Below the pieces are notes generated by a model. That model was given only the letters and a program-made list of their open reading frames with translations, did not search any database and had not been told where the DNA came from. A stretch of DNA of 64,000 bases from Moniliella sp. 'wahieum' (Eukaryota): NCBI GenBank assembly GCA_003971905.1, contig RSEE01000030.1:434001-498000 (forward strand). The letters are read 5' to 3'. The number at the start of each line of letters is the position of its first letter. Position 1 is the first letter of the stretch. Below, in pieces: positions 53,486 to 64,000 of this stretch. A program made the translations under genes and the position numbers.

Positions 53486-53682
53486 GAAGGGGGAAGCGAA
53501 ATAATACGATGAGAAGGTGGTGGCGGCGGCGGTGGCGAAAACGTTAACGAGGCGCCTAGGCTGCGGCCAACTGCCGCAAATTGGATATGGTTGATGGATC
53601 ATCGATCAGGCAACCCCCGACGTGTGCTTACGTCAGGAGCCCTCTGCGCGGGCAGTGCCATGTCGCGGTGGCTTGCCACATA

Positions 53683-53690
53683 TGACGTCA
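53683..53690. promoter_or_regulatory. CRE-like palindrome TGACGTCA in the ETP1-DED1 divergent promoter
   Basis: Exact ATF/CREB consensus, with CACGTGAC nearby at about 53712; function not shown. Confidence 0.25.
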
Positions 53691-53820
53691 TGTGGCACGT
53701 GCCATGCGCCCCACGTGACGCAGACGCCGCTTGCTGCGGACGCGGCCGGGGGCTGCGCCAATTAACACTGCCCCTCGCTGCCGCCCAATCGCATCCTATC
53801 CCCTCCTTTCACTTCCGGAC

Positions 53821-55874
<2,054 letters not shown>

Positions 55875-57162
55875 GATTCTCTTTTTCCTTCATTTTCTCT
55901 GTACCGACCTCCATCTCTCTCTCTAATGGAGGGTATTTCCTCTCATGGAGACACCATCAGTATTTCGTATGGCGTCCATGGTGTCAGTCCGTGCGAGCAC
56001 AGGCGACACATCTATACTATTTGTTTGGCCCTCCTCACAGCATCAACCACAACACAGAGAGGGCTTTTCTCCTTTTGGTCCCACTGTATTACCATCATAC
56101 GCCCCTGTGGGTATATACCTCCTAAACTTGGGACCCCACTTATGTCCCTCTCCTGATCGCGTCTCTTTTGGACCTTGTGGGGGCCAACAATCCATTGGTT
56201 TTCTTTGTTAACAATGCCGTCTCTCTCTTCTATACTATAGGGATACACAGGGACCCGTATCGCCCGAATTGCGTCACGCTGGAAGCATGGCCAGATGAAT
56301 CATGTGTCACTGCCACGACCCTCTGCGGCCGAATTGGCGTGTGACCGTACGGTTAATACAAGTCTTCCATTTCAAGGGAGGAGAAAGCGCGATGTTGGTG
56401 ACCTGCAGTGACAGGAGCATCGACCTGAAAAGAGGGAATAGGTAAGGACACATCCCGCTAGAGATGTAATCATAGAATATGGCATCCTTCTGTGTTTTGT
56501 TGTGGCGCCTGATTCTACTCTGGTGACTGATAGGAAAATCCATTCTCTTCCAAAAACCGGATGAGTACGAGTGGTTAGTTACGAATAGCCTGGTGTGGTA
56601 TAGACGTACTGTGAGAGCGATAGCACAATAGGAAGATGATATCATCCTCGAAAATTCTCGACCTTCACAAGATCGGCAACGTTGGCCAGGAAGGAGGACT
56701 CGCGCCAATAACGGTCCCGCGGACATTGTGGCTACGGCTTATGAGAGCTGGTGGCCACAGTCCCATCATGAGCCCTCCGCTGTTCAGCCTAAAACCTGTT
56801 TCTGTTTTCCCAGCCTGGTGCTTCCAGATCGCACGGATTGGCACGCGTTGTACATTCGGCTGCTGTTATATTGGTCGTTGGGTAGACGGTGCGCCGGGTG
56901 TGGGAGGGGGGCGGGGGTAGGGCTTCACGCCGATGTGGTCGGAAGAAGCATGTGAACAATTGTACCACCGGCAGGCTCTGCGCTCTGGATCCAGTTCGTT
57001 CGAATTGGCGGTTGGACCCCGCCGGCGGAGTTGCGTTGGCCAATTCCGCCTGCCGCCCCGCTGAGCTGAGCGGCTGACAATTCTTCCCGTCCGGCGCCCG
57101 TCTGCTTCTCCGTAAAGTGCTGCCCACCGCATACGCCCACCGCCAGAGTCGGTCTGCTGGCC

Positions 57163-58746
57163 ATGTCCGCTGCTCTCCGCTTCGCTCGGCTTCGCTCCGA
57201 GCGCCCGCCACGCCTCTCTTGGCCGCCCGCCCTGGCCTGCGCCGTGCCCCGGCCGCTGCTCCCCTTGGGCTTGCTCTCCACCGCACCCGCCCTACTGCTA
57301 CGGCCCTGCCCGCTCTTGGCCTGGGCACCCTGGGCGCCCCCCTAGTCCCTGGCGCCCGTGCCTTCTCCCTCTGGCCCTTTGGAAAGTCCAAGGCCCCCGA
57401 ATCTGAAGCAGTTGCAGCTGCCCGGCTGGTTCCACCCCAGCGACGAGCGAGGCGGCCGCAGGCGAACCCCTTTCCTCCGCCGTGGGGGATGCGGTCGAGT
57501 CCAGTGCTGGTTCGGCGCCCGAGGTGGCTGCAGCGGCAACCGATGCTGCTACTGCTGCACCCGAGACAGTGAGTGAGGCAGTGGCTCAGGTGGCGGAGGC
57601 GTTGCCCGCCGTGGGCACTGCTGTGCCCGGAGGCGAGTTTGCTGCGGCGGGCTGCCGAATGGGTACTTGACTGTGCCTTACTGCCAAGAGTTTCTGGAGT
57701 GGCTCGCCGTCTCGACGGGCATGCCGTGGTGGGTGGTGATCTTGGGTGTGTCGGTGGCGATTCGGGGTGCCTTGCTTCCCCTCACGATTTGGGGGCAGCG
57801 CATGTCGATCACGCTGAACAATGTCCAGCCCAAGATGAAGGCCCTGATGGCCGAGTACACCTATGCCAAGAAGGCCAACGACCATGCTACGCTGCAAAAT
57901 CAGGTGCGCGACTGCAGGCGCTACTTACTGCCAACATCACCGCCACCACTGCGTTCAAGGCATGATTCCCTCCTTCTTGCCAATCCCCGTCTTTGCTACG
58001 CTCTTTTTTGCTGTCAACGGCATTGCCAAGGCGGGCCTTGCCTCAATGAGCTACGGTGGCTTGCTGTGGATTCCTGACCTGACCCAGCCGGACCCATACG
58101 TATTGCTTCCTATCCTCACCTCGGCCTCGCAGCTCTTGTCCATGGAGCTTTCACGGCAGGTGCAGCCCAAGGACGAGAACACTCAGCAAAAATTCATGAA
58201 GACAGCGTTCCGAATCGGCCTGTGCGTGTCGCCGCTGCTGATCAAGAATTGGCCTTCAGGTGTACTGTTGGTCTGGGCGGTGAATGCGGTGCTGGGTGCG
58301 CTGCAGGCTTACGCCCTGCAGCACCCCAGAGCCATCAAGTACTTCGGTTTGCCCAAGCGTGCCATTGATACGCGACCAGTCAACAGCTCTGAAAATACCA
58401 AGAGCTTCCTCGAGAAGGGGAAGGACAAGATTATGGGCTTGTTTACCAAGGACCGGGCATCGTGGTGCGAGAACGCCAGGCGCAGGAGAAGCACGCAGTC
58501 TGCAAAAGCGCCGCGCTGCGCTCGAGCGCTTGGCACCTTCGTCCGGCTTGGCTGGGTCCCGTAACCCTCGGCGCCCCCGGCAAGCAAGAAGTAACCGCCA
58601 TAATCTCAGGTCCCAATGCACACTTATGCTCAAGACCCTCGCCGTGGTTCGAACTATGCCACTGCACTGTACGATCAAGTTCCTTCCATGCTGTTCCACC
58701 CGTTTACAAGCCGAGTAGGAATCGAGCAACGAAGACTGTGCAATAA
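57163..58746 (+). CDS. OXA1: mitochondrial inner-membrane insertase Oxa1 (YidC/Oxa1 family); frameshifts; 3' end approximate
   Basis: Arg-rich presequence, ARAFSLWPFG, LEWLAVSTGMPWWVVILGVSVAIRGALLPL, GGLLWIPDLTQPDPYVLLPI, WPSGVLLVWAVN. Confidence 0.88.
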
Positions 58747-59599
58747 GAAATTATCCTTTGCCCAGGGGAATGCTCGGCCCTCTATAGCGCCACAGATTCG
58801 CCATGGGGAGGGCCTTAGCTACAGAGACGTGGTCACCTACCTTTTTCTCTCGATTCGGCTGTTCAGGACGCAAGATCTGTGTGTTCAGTGAATCCGCACG
58901 CATGAAGACGGACAGAGAGGCGCGGATGTAGTAGTAGCTGCGTTAGTGCGAAGAGTGGGGGCATCATCACATCGTTGTCCCCTGGTACCGGCAGTGCATG
59001 GGATGGGGGAGCAGGAGGTGAATCAGCCTTTGGTGGTGAGAGTCGAAGCTGTTGCTGTAGCTCATCATTGCAGCAGCAGGGTTGTGATGTTGACAACAAC
59101 AGACAATCGGTTGTTTTTGAAAGCACCTGCTGGCGGTTCGACGATGCCGCAAAGTACTATGATAATGCGGTTGGGCTGATGAAGTGATGTCCTTATTAGC
59201 GAAGTCTCCGGCCCCAGGGGTATGGATGGTGCTGGTTGGCTGGCAGTGCACGAATAGAGCGGGGTAGTCGGGCAACGATTGGGGACGATAAGGGAGCTAG
59301 GTAATGATACCTGACTGTGCAGACATAGAGGTAATGACGGGGGGGTGGCGGACAGCTGAGCAAGCAAAAAGCTGAAGGCTCTGCTTGACATTTGAAGCCC
59401 CGTTGAGCTGGTTGGCAATACCAGGCGGCCCCGTTCCGCCTCTTGCTCCTCCGAGGTGCCTTCCCCTGATTAGCCTGGTTGCATCCACTCCATTCTTCCC
59501 GGCCTTGTTCGCCTCCACAAATACCACTCGCGTGGGTGAGTGGGAAAGGGGCACTGTCCGGCTCTGCCCCCTTGCCCTCGCCTGCTTTTCAAATTTCCA

Positions 59600-59850
59600 A
59601 CGCTTTAGCCTGAGAGCGCTGAGGCTCAGCGCAGCAGCTGGATACTACTCAGCTGAGCACTAAGAGTTACTCCGAAGCGTGAAGCTTGAAGGTTCGGTTT
59701 GACGTTAGTAACTGAGTAGTGAGTAATGAGTACTATCGAGTACCGAGTAAACGTGAAGCTTCAAGCTCTTCAAGCGCCCAGCCCGAGCTTCAGATAACAT
59801 CCGTAACCCGGCCCACACTGATCACCTACCGAGTCACCGGGTCAAATCGA
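59600..59850. repeat. heptad TNA+palindrome cluster (GCGC, GTAC, AGCT, CCGG types)
   Basis: TGA GTAG TGA GTAA TGA GTAC near 59713-59733; TGA AGCT TCA AGCT at 59754-59767. Confidence 0.65.
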
Positions 59851-60653
59851 CAGCCAAACGGCCGTTAAAACAAAACAAGTCCTCTCGTCAATGATCGATG
59901 ACGATGAGATGATGTCGATGATGCATATGACGTCCAGGGAGTGGTCCGCGAATGAATTTCTGCTGCTGCAAGGGATGCGAACTGCCCAAAAACATGCACC
60001 ACAGAGACAAGTCTATGCTACGCCTGCGTGCGGTTCATTCCGCGGCATACTACACGCATACTCTTCGGGTAGGAATGCTCCTCAGGAAAGCTCAGGTCTC
60101 ACGATGAGAGCCAGGCACTCTCATTTATTCGTAAGATCACAGGCAAACAGCATGAAACCAAGTCCACCTCTCTCTCTATTGTCCCAGGTTGCTGAGAGGT
60201 GGTTATATGGAGCAGGCTTCAGAGCGTTAAGCCCCACGTCTGAAACATAGTACACGGTAAATTAGATGGATGGGGACACAATTTTGTTGTACGGTGAAGA
60301 TGAGCATGGGATGACCGGATGGGACACAAGAGAGAGGAAAAATGTGATCCAGTGGCAAAGATGGAAGAATGGAGCAGGGAAGGCGCGGCGAGAGTCAATA
60401 GAGATGGGCGAGAAATGCAAAGGTGACAGCAAGGAGAACCTGGACCACTGGATAGATGCCAAGGGTTGATGGTGACGACGGGGTAGATGTGGCTAATGGG
60501 TGCCAACAAGCGAGGCCGTATAGCGGTGGGAGAGAGAGAGGGGGGAAAGAGAGAGAGAAAGAGAGAGCCAATCAAGGCAGTAGAGGCCAGTGCCAATACA
60601 AGAAAGAGACGAAGAACAGACTGTCACTGCCCGCCATAGGCAGATCCAGCATC

Positions 60654-61748
60654 TCATCTGGGCAGAAGGGCGGGTACGTTCACGCCTTCGACCAAATCGG
60701 ACCAACTGAGTTTTTCGCCTGCAAGGATCAGGCGGGCACCAGCATACTGGCCCAGGAGCAGCATAGAGGGAACGAAGGTGCTGGTTGACGCGCCACAGGC
60801 GCTGCTGCACAATCCGTGCCTCTTCATCTTCTGATCCTCGTCCACGGCAAACAAGGCGTCCTCGACGACCAAATGAGCGGTCTTGCCTTGGTCAGCAAGC
60901 TGCTGGGCACGAGTTTCAAGCAAAGTTTGCTCTTCGAGGAGGAGGGAAAGGCGGGGAGGAACGGCCATGGCCTTGACGCCCCGATCGCCGGGAAGATAGC
61001 GCCGCTCAGTGGTTGCAATCTGGTGCAGTGAAAGACGATACGATGGCTGCGGGAATTAGATGGTCAGACTCAAGGGAGAAAGGGAAGGATGAAGTGAACG
61101 TACCCATTGGGGCCCTTGGCGTGCTTAGCAACATTGTGGGTGCAGCGCGCACAAGGAGACACGACATTGTAGCCAACCACTGCCCCGCACCCATTGCATC
61201 CCAAGGTCTGGGTCAGGCAGTTGCAAGTCCGTTCCTTGGCCGGAGGCTCGTATCCGCACTCGTCACCAAGCAGCGTATCGGGGGGTAGATGGGACTGCAG
61301 TTGGCGGGCATTGCGTCGGTGCTGAAGAGCGTAACATGAGGCTTGAGCAGAAGAACCGCCTTCATGCCCCGGTCGGTGAAAAGGTAGAGCAATGCGCGCA
61401 GCGGACGATGTAAACTGTCTGCCGCATGCCAGCCTTCTCATTACTGGAGATGGGGCGCTGGTGGATACTGGGGTTGGAGGGGACCGAACGCTGGGCAGGC
61501 GGTGAGGGCAAGGGAGGGCGAACCGTTTCCGGTGGGAGGGCATGTCGTACAGCGTGGAGAGCGAGGAACTGACCGAGGCAGAGACGAGGGGCGGAGGGGA
61601 GGAGCGCGGCGCCTGTTGGAGCCAAGGGGTGGCGAGATTGTCGTCGTAGCAGGGCGGAAAGTGAGCGGTGGATGCTGCATCGCAAGCTGGATGCCGATGG
61701 AAGGAGAGTTGAGCCAGTGATGGAAGTTGGAGAAGAAGGAGAATGCAT
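60654..61748 (-). CDS. FAM72: FAM72-family protein; intron 61047-61103; frameshifts; ends approximate
   Basis: VYIVRCAHCSTF..RGMKAVLLLKPHVTLFSTDAMP..RTCNCLTQTLGCNGCGAVVGYNVVSPCARC..PNG|HRIVFH..KLSWSDL parallels animal FAM72 (RGMKAVLL..LFSTD..CGNIVGYHV..PC..NNGHFWMF). Confidence 0.85.
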
Positions 61749-61834
61749 GGCAGACGACGGGGGGGTTATATGAGGAAAAAGGTAGTTACTATCAGGGAGG
61801 AAGGGGCTGTGCAAACCAAGCCTATGCAGCCACG

Positions 61835-62610
61835 AGCGTCACGCGTGACGACACACACACCATCAGCGATCCGCGATCAGCGATCAGCTGCCGACTATCC
61901 TCCACTGGCTCGGCCAGTGCCTTGCTGCTGCCGGCCGCAGCGGCATTTCACACGTTGGATGTCACATGTCACATGTCACATGCCGCACGTCACAGGCATC
62001 GTCACACGTCAGATCTCAGGATCTCAGAATCGGATCTGAGACACAACAGTGACTGGGGAGCTTGGCTCTGCTCAGCCTGAGCGCTGAGGCTCAGCCCTCG
62101 CTGCTGCTTCCGGGGGAATCGCCACGAGAGACAGCACTCGGGCCGAGGGCCGAGCAGTCGGTCCAGTGCTCAGGATCATCGATAATCGATCACTACTCGT
62201 AATGCGTAACTTAAGGGCGTTGCAGATTCCAGGAGGACCACAAAAGCACCCGAGAAGCCAATAATGCTAACGTGCTGAAAAGTAGTCACCTCACTTCACC
62301 TATGGACACGAGGAATGCATGGTGTATGGTGTATGGTGGGTGTATGGTGTATGGTGTATGGTGCACCTTTGTCCCATGGCAGCTGCTGCAGTGAGCCTTA
62401 TGCCGCTTTTTCCGAACGTGTACAACAGTGCCGGCGGTTTGCCCTATTACTAGGAGGCTAGTGGTTGCCCATTGCTGCCTGGGGCTACTTCAGGCTACTC
62501 CCTGGATTCATGGACATCATGCATAGGACGTCATGCGTTACTGATCCTTCAAGCTTCAAGCTTCATCGATGATCATTAACACCATGCATCATGCATCATT
62601 AATCATTCTT
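61835..62610. repeat. heptad TNA+palindrome cluster plus (TGGTGTA)n
   Basis: TCA CGCG TGA at 61839; (TCACATG)3 at 61962-61982; TCA GATC TCA at 62009; TGA GCGC TGA at 62078; (TGGTGTA)n at about 62320-62365; TCA AGCT TCA AGCT TCA TCGA TGA at 62549-62572. Confidence 0.8.
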
Positions 62611-64000
62611 GAAGCTAAAAACTAGTCGCCAGTCTCAGTTCACCCTATTCTTAGTCCTCATTTCCTCCGCATGGTGGCTGTGGCATGTCCCACATGTCAT
62701 GCATCACATATCATGCATCACTCCTAACTGTCACCTGTTGCGCATCTGCATCCCGCCACCCACATTGGTCACCGGCCCTTGGTCCCCGTTTTGCTTGTTC
62801 CACATAGTGGTGCATAATGTTTGTCACACAACGGCATCTTCACACTTCATCACATGGGCCTCTGAAGTATTACTGAAAGTAGGGAGAAATAACACAGAAG
62901 CGCTGCAATTCCTGGTAACCAGTAACGGTAAGCGGTAAGAGGTAGCCACCCTCTGTATCCACCATCTTTCTCGGCCTCCCGTGCCACATGCATCCTGTGT
63001 TATCCTTTCGCATAGACTTGTGTCGGGTTATGGAAAAAAGATGATCTAACGATCAACGTCCAACCTTCTGCATGATTTTCCCTCTCTCTTTTCGGCGATT
63101 TCAAGAAGCTGCCACCAACCATATTGGATGGAATAAGCCATCGGTTTTTTACCATCAACAGTAGCGCCAACAACATCAGAGCATTAAAAAAGCTAAGGTA
63201 TATATACAACGATGACTCTTCTGTAAATTGGGTACTTATTCCATCTCTTTCCTCGAACTATGCATTATACAGAGGTGGTGTGGTATAGGAAAGTACAGCG
63301 CATCAGGGCCGGCGAGGGCTATATCATAACTGTTGTGTGTATACTCTTCTCAGGTCTCCCACAACGTCTCTCGTCATCCGTTTGTCACGCAGTTCTTCTC
63401 GGCCGTTGTCACTGTGTTCTATATTATGCATGCAGGGTATATGGAGTAACTAGTATAATGATGCATGATGACGCGTTGGATTACCCGCTCTGCGCACTTT
63501 GATCTACATATCTACATGTCTACTTATCCCCTCCCTGCGGCCCATACGGGCTTCCGGGCTTAGTGTCAAAGGCTTTAAGCTCCAAGCTTAATGAGCGCTG
63601 AGCTTCGAAGTCCCAAGCGTCTGTTGACATGGACTTGAAAGAGGCCAGGGCACACACTGTTTTTGTCCAAGGTGGCTCATATTCAATATTCTGAGTGTCT
63701 CGCCGCTTGCCGCTGTGGTACCTGATGTATAGTAGTACGCTGACGCGGGGCACTGAGTACTGATATGGATGGGCCTCCACAAACATGTTACACGTGAGGC
63801 TGAGGTAGGAGGCCTGAGGCACACAATCCTGTGAATACTGAATGCGACAACGCTATCACCCGTTGTAATAGAACGCATGAGATTTCTGTTTGCTTCAAAA
63901 GAGCATTCTCTTCGGTCCCACTCAGGAATACAAGAAACAAACTATCTGAGACAAAGCTGAAAACGAGAGATCGCGTGACGCGTGGTGCTTGACGCTGAGA

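Noticed and set aside
60266..60788. Short plus-strand ORFs downstream of FAM72
   Set aside because: Antisense reading of a CT-rich 3' region and the FAM72 end; no recognisable product.
62320..62365. (TGGTGTA)n as a telomeric repeat
   Set aside because: Short, internal and flanked by TGCA; better read as a heptad variant. Basidiomycete telomeres are typically TTAGGG-like.

Overview
Gene-dense, GC-rich eukaryotic DNA. Short GT-AG introns with CTRAC-type branch points, intron-poor genes and the protein families point to a basidiomycete fungus, most likely Ustilaginomycotina (inference). About 22 protein-coding loci can be read: a SAPS-domain protein, RPS3, RMD1, a small secreted protein, NEO1, PHO13, PEX12, TRM7, a GT8 glycosyltransferase, a monoglyceride-lipase-like hydrolase, NDR kinase CBK1, PP2C PTC1, an AhpD/Pxp2-like protein, a sulfotransferase-like protein, a DUF4604-like protein, EF-1 gamma, an orphan, an Lsb1/Pin3-like SH3 protein, a Zn2Cys6 factor, ETP1/BRAP2, DED1, OXA1 and FAM72. 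A C/D snoRNA (snR38) lies in the EF-1 gamma intron. Nearly every gene carries apparent 1-bp frameshifts, most likely consensus errors, so CDS ends are approximate. The most unusual signal is non-coding. Intergenic DNA, especially divergent promoters and a gene-free island at about 43-50.9 kb, is filled with a 7-bp grammar: a T-N-A triplet (TCA/TGA, TTA/TAA) alternating with a 4-bp palindrome. At least 14 of the 16 possible 4-bp palindromes are used. The palindrome can change within an array while the 7-bp register is kept, and arrays form single-type patches. Motif counts and enrichments were judged by eye, not computed.
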